A DNA stretch of 64,000 nucleotides from an uncultured Pelagibacteraceae bacterium (GCA_902581405.1 CACHOJ010000004.1:13527-77526); one strand, 5' to 3'. Counted from the stretch's first letter, positions 39,856-50,754 are shown. The notes: generated from the letters alone by a model not told the origin. Made by a program: numbers and translations.

Positions 39856-41112
39856 ATGCAAAAATACTCAGTTTTTAGTCTAATAAAAAATGCATTCTCA
39901 GATCATCAAAATTGGGAAGTAGCATGGAAAGACCCAACTCCTAAAAAAGAATATGATGTAATTATTATTGGTGGTGGAGGCCATGGTTTGGCAACTGCAT
40001 ACTATTTAGCAAAAGAACATAACATTACAAATGTTGCTATTATTGAAAAAGGTTGGATAGGTGGAGGAAACGTTGGAAGGAATACTACAATTATTAGGTC
40101 TAATTATATGCATGATGAGAATGGATTGTTTAGTGAATTTGGTATGGACCTATGGAGAAAGATGAGCCAAGATTTAAATTACAATGTAATGTTTTCCCCA
40201 AGAGGAATAATTAATCTTGCCCACTCAGATGCACAAATGAATGCCTATTCAAGAAGGGGAAATTCTATGCGTTTGAACGGAATTGATGCTGTTTTGTTAA
40301 ATAGAGAAGAAGTTCAAAAGTTAATTCCAATGGCAGACTTTTCTGACAATGTAAGATTTCCAATTTTTGGAGGTTTGATGCAACCAAGCGCTGGAACAGC
40401 AAGACATGATGCTGTTGCCTGGGGTTACGCAAGACAAGCAGACTCTATGGGTGTTGATATAATTCAAAATTGTGAAGTTACGGGATTTGATGTATCAAAT
40501 GGAAAAATTCTTGGAGTAAGAACTTCTAAAGGAGATATCAAAGCCAAGAAAGTTGGTTTATGCGTTGCAGGAAGTACAAATATTTTGGCAGAAATGTTAA
40601 ATATGACTTTACCAATTGAAACTCATTTACTTCAAGCATGTGTTTCAGAGCCTATTAAACCTTTGCTTGATCATGTTGTTACATTTGGTGCAGGACATTT
40701 TTATTGTAGCCAATCAGATAAAGGCGAAATGGTTATGGGTGGAGACTTAGATGGATATAATAGTTATTCACAAAGAGGAAACCTGCCAACTCTTCAACAC
40801 GTATTAACAGAGGGGATTGCGATGTTTCCATTTCTTAGCAAATTAAAAATGTTAAGAACTTGGGGTGGAATAATGGATATGTCCATGGATGGATCGCCAA
40901 TTATTGATAAAACGCATATTAACGGATTATATTTAAATTGTGGTTGGTGCTATGGTGGATTTAAAGCAACTCCAGCATCCGGGTGGACTTTTGCACATAC
41001 AATTGCTCAAGATAGAGTTCATGATTTAAATGCTGGTTATAGCCTCAACAGATTTAGCACTGGAAATTTAATTGATGAAAAAGGCCTAGGAACTAAAACC
41101 TGGATATCATAA
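39856..41112 (+). CDS. soxB: Heterotetrameric sarcosine oxidase beta / N-methylglutamate dehydrogenase A
   Basis: GGGGHGLATAYYLAK, GGNVGRNTTIIRSNY, GTARHDAVAWGYAR, GFKATPASG. Confidence 0.9.
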   Translation: MQKYSVFSLIKNAFSDHQNWEVAWKDPTPKKEYDVIIIGGGGHGLATAYYLAKEHNITNVAIIEKGWIGGGNVGRNTTIIRSNYMHDENGLFSEFGMDLWRKMSQDLNYNVMFSPRGIINLAHSDAQMNAYSRRGNSMRLNGIDAVLLNREEVQKLIPMADFSDNVRFPIFGGLMQPSAGTARHDAVAWGYARQADSMGVDIIQNCEVTGFDVSNGKILGVRTSKGDIKAKKVGLCVAGSTNILAEMLNMTLPIETHLLQACVSEPIKPLLDHVVTFGAGHFYCSQSDKGEMVMGGDLDGYNSYSQRGNLPTLQHVLTEGIAMFPFLSKLKMLRTWGGIMDMSMDGSPIIDKTHINGLYLNCGWCYGGFKATPASGWTFAHTIAQDRVHDLNAGYSLNRFSTGNLIDEKGLGTKTWIS

Positions 41113-41382
41113 ATGTTATATATCAACTGTCCACATTGTGGACTTAGATCTCAGAATGAATTTGCTTATGGCGGAGATGCAACAGTAAAGCGTCCTGAGC
41201 TAAATAAAGAAATAAGCGATCAAGAATGGGACAATTTTGTTTACTTAAGAAAAAGTCCAAGAGGAAAACATTTAGAATTATGGCATCATATTTCTGGATG
41301 TAGACAATGGATAAAAGTTGAGAGAGATACATCAACTCACGAAATTTTTAAAACTTATAAAGCAAACGAAGCAATAGAATAA
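41113..41382 (+). CDS. soxD: Sarcosine oxidase delta subunit
   Basis: CPHCG..EF.YGG and WHH..GCRQW zinc motifs. Confidence 0.92.
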   Translation: MLYINCPHCGLRSQNEFAYGGDATVKRPELNKEISDQEWDNFVYLRKSPRGKHLELWHHISGCRQWIKVERDTSTHEIFKTYKANEAIE

Positions 41383-44378
41383 TGTCCCAGGATTTTAGAT
41401 TAGATAATGTTGGAATGGTCAATAGAGAAAAAAAAATCTCGTTTAAGTTTAATGGCAAAAAATATTTTGGTTTCGAGGGAGATACTATCGCATCTGCCTT
41501 AATAGCGAATGGAGTTCATTTAGTAGGTAGAAGTTTTAAATATCATAGGCCTAGGGGTTTTTTTGGAGTTGGTGTTGATGAGCCCTATGCAATTCTTCAG
41601 TTAGACAGAAATAACGAGAGAGATCCAAATATAAGAGCAACAGAACAAGAAATTTTTGAAGGACTAGAAGTTAAGAGTGTTAATTGTTGGCCTAGTGTAA
41701 ATTTTGATATTGGAGCGATAAATAATTTTTTAAAAATGTTTTTTCCAGCTGGTTTTTATTACAAAACATTTATGTGGCCTCCTAGCTTTTGGTATAAAAT
41801 ATATGAACCTTTTATTCGAATGGCGGCTGGATTTGGAGAAGCTTCAATCAAACATGATAAAGAGAGATACGAGCATAAATATGAGTATTGTGATTTACTA
41901 ATAACAGGATCTGGACCTTCAGGTTTAGCAAGTGCTTATGCCGCTGCCAAGAACGGAGCCCGAGTAATATTAGCCGAGGATAAACCAAGATTTGGAGGTA
42001 GCTTATTAACAAGTGATGTAAATATCGGAAACCAAACAGGAGTCGAGTGGGCACAAAAAATTATTGCAGAACTAAAGTCCATGCCTAATGTTACAGTAAA
42101 AAATAGATCACAAGTTTTTGGTTACTATGATCACAATATGTTAGTAATGTCAGAGCGTATTAGCGATCACTTGCCAAAAACCCAAAAATATCTACCTAAA
42201 CAACGTTTGTGGTACATAAGAGCAAATGAAGTATTGATTTCATCAGGTTCAATTGAAAGACCTTTAGTTTTTGGAAATAATGATACTCCAGGAGTTATGT
42301 TATCGTCAGCTGCCAAAGAGTACATGAAAGTTTATGGAGTATTAGTTGGAAAAAAACCTTTAATTTTCACTAACAATGATAGTGGTTATGAAACTGCAAT
42401 AGAATTTAAGAAAAACGGAGTAAATCCAATTATATTGGATACAAGAAGCGATCCTTCTTCAGACATTATAACTGAGGCAAAAAATTTAAGTATTGAAATT
42501 AAATTCTCATATGTAGTTGTTGCTGCAAAAGGCTATAAAAAAGTTAAATCAGCAGATATTGCCAAAATATCTGACGATAAAAAAGAATTATTTAACATAG
42601 AAAATATAAAATGTGATTGTATTTGTGTATCAGGTTTTTGGACACCATCTATTCATTTAGCATCACAGTCAGGAAACAAATCTAAATTTAACGAAAAAAT
42701 TGATGCATTTGTACCAGATAAATCTAAACAACAAGAAAGTACAATTGGGTCAGCAAATGGAATATTTACATTAGAGGAAACAATTAAAGATGCTTTTGAC
42801 AAAGGTTTTGACGTTTCAAATAAAATAACTGAAAAAAATAATAAAATTTCAGTACCGACAGTAGTAGAAAAAAAATCAACAGTTCATGACAAATTTTGGT
42901 GTGTTCCTTTACCAAAAGGTAAATCTTATAAAAGGTTTTTAGATTTTCAAAATGACGTAGCGGTTTCTGATATTGAGCTAGCTCTAAGAGAAGGTTTCAG
43001 GTCTATCGAGCATGTAAAAAGATATACAACGCTTGGTATGGCCACAGACCAAGGAAAAACGAGTAATTTAAATGGATTACAATTAGTTTCTGATATTGAG
43101 AATAAAGTTGTTCCACAAGTAGGACATACTACTTTTAGACCTCCTTATACCCCAGTTTCAATTGGAGCAATCGTAGGAAGAGAAGTTGGTAAACATTCTA
43201 AACCAACAAGAAAATCACCTATGCATTCATGGCATGAAAAAAATAATGCAGTGTTTGTTGATGCAGGGGTTTGGTTAAGACCAAGATATTACAAGCAAGG
43301 AAATGAAGGGATATTTGAAGCATCAAAAAGAGAGGCAAAGAATGTAAGACAAAATGTAGGTGTATGTGATGTTACAACATTAGGTAAAATAGATGTTAAA
43401 GGTCCTGATGCAGCAGAGTTTTTGAATAGAGTTTATACTAATGCTTGGCTTAAACTTCCAGTGGGTAAAGCAAGATACGGCGTAATGTTAAGAGAAGATG
43501 GAATTGTTATGGATGATGGAACAACAACAAGGATTTCCGAAAATCATTATCACATGACAACTACAACAGCTCAAGCAGCAAATGTTCTATCTCATTTAGA
43601 ATATTATTTACAACTAGTGTGGCCAGAATTAAATGTAAACGTTGTATCAACCACAGAGCAATGGGCAGGTGCAGCAATCGCAGGACCTAATTCTAGAAAA
43701 TTATTAATGAAATTATTCCCTAATTTAGATGTTTCAAACGAAGGTTTACCATTTATGGGTTATAAAGAGGCTGATTTATTTGGAGTACCTGCAAAAATTT
43801 ACAGAATTTCGTTTTCTGGTGAGTTAGCATATGAGATTAACGTTGAATCTGATAACGGATATTTCATGTGGGAAAAGATCATGGAAGTTGGAAAAGAATT
43901 TCAAATACAACCATATGGAACTGAAGCTTTATCAACTCTTAGAATAGAGATGGGTCATGTTGCGGGATCTGAATTAGATGGAAGAACAATTCCTTACGAT
44001 GCATCTTTAGAAGGGCTAGTTAGTAAGAAAAAAGATTTTATAGGCAAAAGATCTTTAAACAGATCTGCCTTTACATCTACGGATAGAGAAAAATTAGTTG
44101 GCGTAGTTCCAATTGATAAAACTACAAGTATACCTGAGGGATCTTACATAGTAAAAGATCCAAAAGCAAAATTTCCTAATCCAAAATTAGGTCATGTTTC
44201 AGCTTCATGTTGGAGTGTTGAATATGATAACCCATTTTCTTTAGCAATAATTAAAGATGGTAAAAATATGATAGGACAAAAACTCTTTGCTATGTCACCT
44301 TTAAAAAATAAAACGATACCTGTAGAGATTGTCTCTTCTCATTATGTAGATCCTGAAGGAAAGAGAGTTAGATCATGA
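41382..44378 (+). CDS. soxA: Sarcosine oxidase alpha subunit
   Basis: RSFKYHRPRG, GFYYKTF, DFQNDV, KRYTTLGMATDQGK, C-terminal GcvT folate-binding domain. Confidence 0.93.
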   Translation: MSQDFRLDNVGMVNREKKISFKFNGKKYFGFEGDTIASALIANGVHLVGRSFKYHRPRGFFGVGVDEPYAILQLDRNNERDPNIRATEQEIFEGLEVKSVNCWPSVNFDIGAINNFLKMFFPAGFYYKTFMWPPSFWYKIYEPFIRMAAGFGEASIKHDKERYEHKYEYCDLLITGSGPSGLASAYAAAKNGARVILAEDKPRFGGSLLTSDVNIGNQTGVEWAQKIIAELKSMPNVTVKNRSQVFGYYDHNMLVMSERISDHLPKTQKYLPKQRLWYIRANEVLISSGSIERPLVFGNNDTPGVMLSSAAKEYMKVYGVLVGKKPLIFTNNDSGYETAIEFKKNGVNPIILDTRSDPSSDIITEAKNLSIEIKFSYVVVAAKGYKKVKSADIAKISDDKKELFNIENIKCDCICVSGFWTPSIHLASQSGNKSKFNEKIDAFVPDKSKQQESTIGSANGIFTLEETIKDAFDKGFDVSNKITEKNNKISVPTVVEKKSTVHDKFWCVPLPKGKSYKRFLDFQNDVAVSDIELALREGFRSIEHVKRYTTLGMATDQGKTSNLNGLQLVSDIENKVVPQVGHTTFRPPYTPVSIGAIVGREVGKHSKPTRKSPMHSWHEKNNAVFVDAGVWLRPRYYKQGNEGIFEASKREAKNVRQNVGVCDVTTLGKIDVKGPDAAEFLNRVYTNAWLKLPVGKARYGVMLREDGIVMDDGTTTRISENHYHMTTTTAQAANVLSHLEYYLQLVWPELNVNVVSTTEQWAGAAIAGPNSRKLLMKLFPNLDVSNEGLPFMGYKEADLFGVPAKIYRISFSGELAYEINVESDNGYFMWEKIMEVGKEFQIQPYGTEALSTLRIEMGHVAGSELDGRTIPYDASLEGLVSKKKDFIGKRSLNRSAFTSTDREKLVGVVPIDKTTSIPEGSYIVKDPKAKFPNPKLGHVSASCWSVEYDNPFSLAIIKDGKNMIGQKLFAMSPLKNKTIPVEIVSSHYVDPEGKRVRS

Positions 44379-44962
44379 CGATGATATCACCTTTGCAGAA
44401 TATTCATTCTGTAGGCTCTTATGGAAATTTTGAAAATAAAACTGAAGATGAATTATTAAAAATTTCTGAGTTAAAAAATTTATTAATTGTTCAAATAGTT
44501 CAGTACAAAAACTCTTCAATTAAAATAAATGGTATTAAACTTAATAATTTGCAATTTGTTAATGAAACACAAAAAGTCGTTGCAAATGAAAATTTAAGAA
44601 TATTGTGGAATTCACCAAACAATTGGCTTGTTGTTTCTAATAAAAAAGAACTTTTTAGTGAAATTTTAAAAAATTTTAATGAAAGCGACTTTGCTGTTAC
44701 AGATCTTTCACACTCTAAAGCGATTATAGAAATAGAAGGACCTAATGTTAAAGAGGTTTTAAAAAAAGGTTGTCCGTTTAATTTCAATATATTTAGAAAA
44801 AATATGTGTATCAACTCATCATATAACGGAATATCTTTTTTAGTTGATATGGTCGAAGATGATCCTGAAAAAGCTAGAATTTTTTCGCTTCGTAGTTTTG
44901 GGGAGTCTATGTACCACTCAATAACTGATGCTTCACTAGAATATGGCTATAAATGTATTTAG
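44375..44962 (+). CDS. soxG: Sarcosine oxidase gamma subunit
   Basis: LWNSPNNWL, VTDLSH, VLKKGCP, RSF motifs; position after soxA. Confidence 0.85.
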   Translation: MTMISPLQNIHSVGSYGNFENKTEDELLKISELKNLLIVQIVQYKNSSIKINGIKLNNLQFVNETQKVVANENLRILWNSPNNWLVVSNKKELFSEILKNFNESDFAVTDLSHSKAIIEIEGPNVKEVLKKGCPFNFNIFRKNMCINSSYNGISFLVDMVEDDPEKARIFSLRSFGESMYHSITDASLEYGYKCI

Positions 44963-44965
44963 AAA

Positions 44966-46591
44966 CTATTCTAAAGTTTTAAATCTTGTTTTTTGAATAA
45001 TAAATACGAACAAAATTGGTAAAATTAAAGTCAGCAATGTTACAGTTATTAATAATATTCCCAATTCTGAGTAATCAGCAGTCGTCAATATTGCATTAGT
45101 CACTTTATCTTTGACTTCACGAGTAATTGTATAAATTTCATTTAAGTATTTTGTTCCTAAAGCACTTGCTGATAGCGCCAAATTTGTAAAAGACGCAAAA
45201 ACTGCAAAAAAAGTAGCTTTTAGGTGCGAGGGCGCATTTTTAGCTATCCATGCTAGTAAAGGTATCATAGAGACCTGACCTAAAGGTGACTCTAATGCTG
45301 TATTAATTAGTGCAATAAATTTAGCATCAACAATTCCATTTGTTATTGATGAAGTCCAATTATGAAATCCGTAATACATCCCAACACTTGGCAAAAATAA
45401 TATTGCACCAGCAATTGACAAAACTACAATAATTTTTGCTATGGAATTATTTGACATAAAAGGTCTAAGCAAAATAATTCCTAACAATGTTAAGACCGAA
45501 GCTAGTAATGATAATACAGAAAAAAACTGCTCATTAAATTTTAGCTCATCTATTTCAAACCAAGATAATCCTGGTCCTGGACCTGGCATTGCTCTAAACA
45601 CAAATATAATTACAGCTGTTCCCACAATCGTAGATCTTAAATTTTGAGGCAATTCTTTAATCAATTTACTCATCAGGAACAAAATAATTACCATAGATCC
45701 TAAAAAAACTATCTCTTGTGCAAAAGGAACTCCGAAAGAACCAACGCTGAGTGTAAAAATTACAAAAATTAAACTACCACCTAAAATCCACCAATTAATA
45801 TCTGTTTTTTCATGTTCGTAATTATCCTCGTTACCAACTAAACCCTGACCAATTAATTTATTTTTCTTTTTATTTTTAAGATAATTAGCAAAAATTACTC
45901 CTAAAATTGAAACAAATGGTATTACCAGTGCATAAATATAAATTGATCCATAGAGTTCTATTTTATCTGCTTGCTCTAAACTATCCACTCCTTTAAATAA
46001 GATCACGTTCACTAAAGCAACAAGAACAGTACCACCAATAATTGCAAATCGTCCAAGTGTTTGCATTGTAGTATGCATTGTTTTGATCTGATCTTGTGAA
46101 AATTTTTGACCTTCTTCATTAACAACTGGAACAGCTTCTACTGTCATTGCATCTGCAACAACATCTTGAACCACATATCCAATGGGAGCTAAAAGAACAC
46201 TTATTACAAACCAAGTCTCTACTTTTAGAATTGTGGACATCCATTCCGTATGGATAATTAATCCATACATTATCAATAAGCTTAAACCAATTAGTGTTGC
46301 TCCTACATAAACCATATAATTTTTTTTGTTCCAAATTAGATCTACTAAATGACCTAATGGCATTTTTAACGCCCAAGGAATACCAGCCCAAAACCCTAGT
46401 CCAGCAAGAAAGGCTGCTGATAGATTTAGATAATCTTTGACAAAAAATGTACCTACTATTCCTGTTAAACCCGAAATTCCAGCTGCAAGATAAATCATTA
46501 GAGGTGGTAAATAAGATAATTTAAATTGTCTTCCTAAATCTAGCAAAGTGGAGTCGACGAATTTAGAAATTTGATTCATAAAATTATTCAA
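44966..46591 (-). CDS. BT1 folate/biopterin-family MFS transporter
   Basis: PWALK..G...D, QDVVADAMTVE, ATFFAVFASFTNL; about 12 TM helices. Confidence 0.72.
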   Translation of the reverse strand: MNNFMNQISKFVDSTLLDLGRQFKLSYLPPLMIYLAAGISGLTGIVGTFFVKDYLNLSAAFLAGLGFWAGIPWALKMPLGHLVDLIWNKKNYMVYVGATLIGLSLLIMYGLIIHTEWMSTILKVETWFVISVLLAPIGYVVQDVVADAMTVEAVPVVNEEGQKFSQDQIKTMHTTMQTLGRFAIIGGTVLVALVNVILFKGVDSLEQADKIELYGSIYIYALVIPFVSILGVIFANYLKNKKKNKLIGQGLVGNEDNYEHEKTDINWWILGGSLIFVIFTLSVGSFGVPFAQEIVFLGSMVIILFLMSKLIKELPQNLRSTIVGTAVIIFVFRAMPGPGPGLSWFEIDELKFNEQFFSVLSLLASVLTLLGIILLRPFMSNNSIAKIIVVLSIAGAILFLPSVGMYYGFHNWTSSITNGIVDAKFIALINTALESPLGQVSMIPLLAWIAKNAPSHLKATFFAVFASFTNLALSASALGTKYLNEIYTITREVKDKVTNAILTTADYSELGILLITVTLLTLILPILFVFIIQKTRFKTLE

Positions 46592-47024
46592 TTATGTTTA
46601 ATTTTATTAACTTAGTATTCTTTGTTTCATTACACCACAACTCGTAACTTTCACACACCCTCCACAGATGGTTAATAGCTCTTTGAGAAATATCTAAAGG
46701 AAAATGGCTTTTTGCATAGTATAAATCAGGAAATTTAATTAATTGCTTCATCATTGCTTCTTTTTGAAGATTTAAAAGCCGAATTACTTCGGCAGAAATT
46801 TTTTCTCCAGAATTAATATCAATATAATTATTTTTTTTTAACTCTTCAAACCAATCATCATGATACTTACCACTACTTATTTTTTCATATAATGGTGAAC
46901 CTATGAATCTTTCCATAGCATCAATATTGCTTATATTCTGCTCTTTACTTTTTATTTTACTTATTGCTATATAAATAACCTCAGCAACATAAAGTATATA
47001 GGGTTTGGCTAAATTTTTTTTCAT
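46584..47024 (-). CDS. Hypothetical protein
   Basis: 146-aa ORF tightly packed between GNAT and BT1 genes. Confidence 0.65.
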   Translation of the reverse strand: MKKNLAKPYILYVAEVIYIAISKIKSKEQNISNIDAMERFIGSPLYEKISSGKYHDDWFEELKKNNYIDINSGEKISAEVIRLLNLQKEAMMKQLIKFPDLYYAKSHFPLDISQRAINHLWRVCESYELWCNETKNTKLIKLNIIE

Positions 47025-47028
47025 GAGA

Positions 47029-47487
47029 TTACAAATTTAAACTATAATAACATGAATTTGGATCTTCTTTGTAATGTGCAAAAGGTTTACATTTTTTGAA
47101 ACCAAAATTTTTGAATAATTTCCTTGCCGGAGCAAAAAATTCTCCAGCTCCTGTCTCAACACTTAATTTTTTAATTCCAATTTTTTTTGATTTATCAATT
47201 AAGTGAGTGATGATTTTTTCTCCATATTTTTTTTTCCTAAATTTTTCTGCGACCCTTATTGACTTAAACTCCCCATGTTCTTCTGAAAGTGTTTTTAAAG
47301 CTCCACATCCAATTAAATCATTATTCTCCCATAAACTCCAAAATTTTATACTCGGAACTCTCAAACCTTGCACATCTAGTACATGTGAACTGCCTTCTGG
47401 CGATACAGATCTTAATTCAATAAAATGAATTCTAAGAAGTTCATTTACCTGTGGGTTATCAAAGTTATTTTCTATTGATTTAATCAT
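47029..47487 (-). CDS. GNAT N-acetyltransferase
   Basis: SPEGSSH.LD, GCGALK, GEFKSIRV, LSVETG, FGF..C.PF..Y.EDPNS; start adjusted to ATG 47487. Confidence 0.88.
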   Translation of the reverse strand: MIKSIENNFDNPQVNELLRIHFIELRSVSPEGSSHVLDVQGLRVPSIKFWSLWENNDLIGCGALKTLSEEHGEFKSIRVAEKFRKKKYGEKIITHLIDKSKKIGIKKLSVETGAGEFFAPARKLFKNFGFKKCKPFAHYKEDPNSCYYSLNL

Positions 47488-47534
47488 TTTGAAGAACATA
47501 TAATCGAAAAACAAATTAAACCAATATTAAATAT

Positions 47535-48155
47535 ATGTGTGGAAGATACGTAATTACCAATGCTGTAACAAAAACAAAAAATATTGTAAAAACCGCGATT
47601 AATGTTCAAGACAGTGATAACTATAATGCACACCCATATCAAAATCTTCCTGTAGTCAAGAAATATAAAAACGGAAATACTGTTGAAAATCTTAAATGGG
47701 GAATTATTCCATCATGGGCAAAACAGAAAGACTTTAAAGCTCTGATAAATGCAAGATTAGAAACAATCGATGAAAAGGTCTCATTTAAAAAACTTATTAA
47801 AACGCAAAGATGTGTAGTTGTTGCCGATGGCTTCTATGAGTGGAAAAGAACAAAAGACAACAAAATTCCATATTATTTTTTCAGAAATGATAAAAAGACA
47901 ATTTTTATAGCTGCAATTTATGATGAAGGCCAATTTTGTATGATAACAGAGGAGGCAAGCCAAAATATTTCAGAAATTCACCATAGACAACCAGTAATAC
48001 TTTATGAAAAAGATATAGATAAATATTTAAATATTGAACATTTTAGCTCAACTTTTTTAAAAGAGTGTAACAAAGTAAGTTTGACTTTTCACGAAATATC
48101 TAAAGATGTAAATAAGCCAACAAATAATAGCCCCTCATTAATTCAACAAATTTAA
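47535..48155 (+). CDS. SOS response-associated peptidase (SRAP/YedK/HMCES family)
   Basis: N-terminal MCGRY, WGIIPSW, INARLET, ADGFYEW, IHHRQP. Confidence 0.92.
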   Translation: MCGRYVITNAVTKTKNIVKTAINVQDSDNYNAHPYQNLPVVKKYKNGNTVENLKWGIIPSWAKQKDFKALINARLETIDEKVSFKKLIKTQRCVVVADGFYEWKRTKDNKIPYYFFRNDKKTIFIAAIYDEGQFCMITEEASQNISEIHHRQPVILYEKDIDKYLNIEHFSSTFLKECNKVSLTFHEISKDVNKPTNNSPSLIQQI

Positions 48156-48159
48156 GATA

Positions 48160-49203
48160 TTATTTTTCAATAATTGTTATATGACCCATTTTTCTTTTGT
48201 TCTTTACATCTTTTTTAAGATAGTCAAAAAAGAATTCATTCTCAGAAAATTTTTTGTCTCTATATATTGAAATATCATCACCTATTAAATTTATCATTTT
48301 GGCATTATATATTTTCTCTGTTTTAATTTTTTCTAAACCACATACAGCCCTAACATGATTTTCAAATTGACTTATATTGTGAGAATTAATTGTCAAGTGC
48401 CCTGAGTTATGAACTCTGGGAGCTATTTCGTTTGCATATAAATTATCATTTTTATCAATAAAAAACTCCACACATAATGTTCCAATATAATCTAAATCTT
48501 CAACAATTTTTTTTGACCACTCAGTGGATTTAATTATAATTGCTTCTGAAACATCTGCGGGGATTTTAGAGTGTTTTAAAATTTGGTCTTCATGAACATT
48601 TTCAATTGGTTCATATATTTCATATTTGTGATTACCAAATCTTGTAATTATAACAGATATTTCTTTTTTTAAATTAATAAATTTTTCTAATATGTATTCT
48701 TTAGAGAAATCTATTTTATTAGATATGTCCTTTTTACTATTTAATTTGTATTGACCTTTCCCATCATATCCTAGTGTAGTTGTTTTTAGCAATCCTGGTA
48801 AAAAATTTTCATTTTCTTTTAATTCATCGATATGTTTTATAGAAACATATTGGGTAGTTTGAATATTTATATCATTTAGAAAATTTTTCTCTGTCAATCT
48901 ATTTTGGATTAAATTATTAATCTCAGGTTTAGGCAAAACTGGTTTTTCATTATTTATACTTTGAAGAATATGAAATGGAATATTCTCAAATTCATAAGTA
49001 ACTAAATCGACACTATCGATAAATTCCTTTGTTATTGATTTGTTATCATATTTCCCATATATGAATTTTTTCGTAAAGTTTTTAGCCGGTGCATCCTCAT
49101 CATCGCTTAAAATAACAGTTTTAACGCCAATTCTGTTGGCAGCTACTGACAGCAAACTTCCAAGTTGACCTCCACCTATAATTCCTAAAATAGGACTTTT
49201 CAT
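48160..49203 (-). CDS. purK: N5-CAIR synthase
   Basis: GIIGGGQLG, TYEFEN, GYDGKGQ, NEIAPRVHNSGH, SQFENH, RKMGH. Confidence 0.96.
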   Translation of the reverse strand: MKSPILGIIGGGQLGSLLSVAANRIGVKTVILSDDEDAPAKNFTKKFIYGKYDNKSITKEFIDSVDLVTYEFENIPFHILQSINNEKPVLPKPEINNLIQNRLTEKNFLNDINIQTTQYVSIKHIDELKENENFLPGLLKTTTLGYDGKGQYKLNSKKDISNKIDFSKEYILEKFINLKKEISVIITRFGNHKYEIYEPIENVHEDQILKHSKIPADVSEAIIIKSTEWSKKIVEDLDYIGTLCVEFFIDKNDNLYANEIAPRVHNSGHLTINSHNISQFENHVRAVCGLEKIKTEKIYNAKMINLIGDDISIYRDKKFSENEFFFDYLKKDVKNKRKMGHITIIEK

Positions 49204-49698
49204 TTAATATGGTTTTTTCTTAACAGATTTGGATTGTTTAGATCTCCACTTTATCAAGCTGTTTTTAATTTTAGGATCAAAATTAGAAATTATAGATGCT
49301 GCATACAATGCAGCATTTATAGCACCATCAGCTCCTATAGCAACTGTTCCAACCGGAATTCCTTTTGGCATTTGAGCTATTGATAAAAGACTATCTAGAC
49401 CTTTTAGTTTTTTACTTTCTATAGGAACGCCTATTACTGGTATTCTTGTTAATGCAGCAATCATGCCAGGCAAATGTGCAGATCCCCCTGCGCCTGCAAT
49501 AATAACATTAATGCTTCTCGACTCTGCTGATTTTGCATAATTGAACATTCTTTCAGGTGTTCTGTGAGCAGAAACAATATTAGTTTCATAATTAACTTTG
49601 AGTAATTTAAGAGTTTTTTCACATAATTTCATTGTGGAATAGTCAGATTTGCTCCCCATTACTATGGATACTCTGTGACTATATCTTTTCTTTTTCAT
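49204..49698 (-). CDS. purE: N5-CAIR mutase
   Basis: [34 protein letters not shown]; start adjusted to ATG 49698. Confidence 0.96.
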   Translation of the reverse strand: MKKKRYSHRVSIVMGSKSDYSTMKLCEKTLKLLKVNYETNIVSAHRTPERMFNYAKSAESRSINVIIAGAGGSAHLPGMIAALTRIPVIGVPIESKKLKGLDSLLSIAQMPKGIPVGTVAIGADGAINAALYAASIISNFDPKIKNSLIKWRSKQSKSVKKKPY

Positions 49699-49785
49699 GC
49701 TAAGTTTTTGAATTAATATGTTCAATATAGTCTTAAAATTAAAACTAGTCGACAAAATTTGTAATAATTATAATGTGTTTTTAAT

Positions 49786-50754
49786 ATGAATTATCGAATT
49801 GATAATCTTCAATATTGTAACTGGTCTAGAGATATTTTTAAAATTAATAGGGACGCAGGATTAAGCGCAGTACATGCAACAGTAGTATATCATGAAGACT
49901 ATGATGAATTTTTAATTAAATTGAAAGAATGGGAAAACTTATTTAATGAAAATTCGGATCTAATATTTTTGGGAAAAACTTTTGAGGATATTATAAAGGC
50001 TAAGTCAGAAAATAAAACTGCAATATTTTTTGGTTTTCAAAACTGTTCTCCAATTGAGGATGATATTAACTTAATTGAAAAAGTTCATCATCATGGATGT
50101 AGATTTATGCAACTTACTTATAATAACCAATCTCTTTTAGCTACAGGATGTTATGAAAAACACGACTCTGGTGTAACAAATTTTGGAAGAGAAGCTATAA
50201 AAGAAATGAATAGAATTGGAATAGTTATTGATATGTCGCATTCAGGTGAAAAAAGTACTTTAGACGCAATAGATATTAGCGAAAAACCAATTGCAATTAC
50301 TCATGCTAATCCGTCTTTTTGGCATAGTGCTTTAAGAAATAAATCTGAAAAACTTTTAAAACATTTATCAAACAGTGGAGGAATACTTGGGCTTTCTTTG
50401 TATGCACATCATCTAAAAGATGGAACAGATTGTAAATTAGATAGTTTTTGTGAAATGGTAGCAAAAACTGTTGATATAATGGGAGTAAAAAATATAGGCA
50501 TTGGTTCCGATCTTTGTTTGAACCAACCAAATAGCATTGTCGAGTGGATGAGAAATGGAACGTGGACTAAAACAAAAAATTATGGTGAAGGGAGCAAAAG
50601 TAAACCAGAATTTCCTGATCAACCTGAGTGGTTTATTGATGCAAGAGGGTTTAGTAATTTAGAAAAAGGATTAAAAAAAATTGGTTTTAATGAAAATGAA
50701 GTAAATGATATTTTAGGAAATAATTGGTTTAATTTTTATAAAGGAATTAATTAA
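49786..50754 (+). CDS. Membrane dipeptidase family (M19) amidohydrolase
   Basis: QLTYN, GIVIDMSH, ITHAN, RNK, IGIGSD, ILGNNW. Confidence 0.88.
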   Translation: MNYRIDNLQYCNWSRDIFKINRDAGLSAVHATVVYHEDYDEFLIKLKEWENLFNENSDLIFLGKTFEDIIKAKSENKTAIFFGFQNCSPIEDDINLIEKVHHHGCRFMQLTYNNQSLLATGCYEKHDSGVTNFGREAIKEMNRIGIVIDMSHSGEKSTLDAIDISEKPIAITHANPSFWHSALRNKSEKLLKHLSNSGGILGLSLYAHHLKDGTDCKLDSFCEMVAKTVDIMGVKNIGIGSDLCLNQPNSIVEWMRNGTWTKTKNYGEGSKSKPEFPDQPEWFIDARGFSNLEKGLKKIGFNENEVNDILGNNWFNFYKGIN

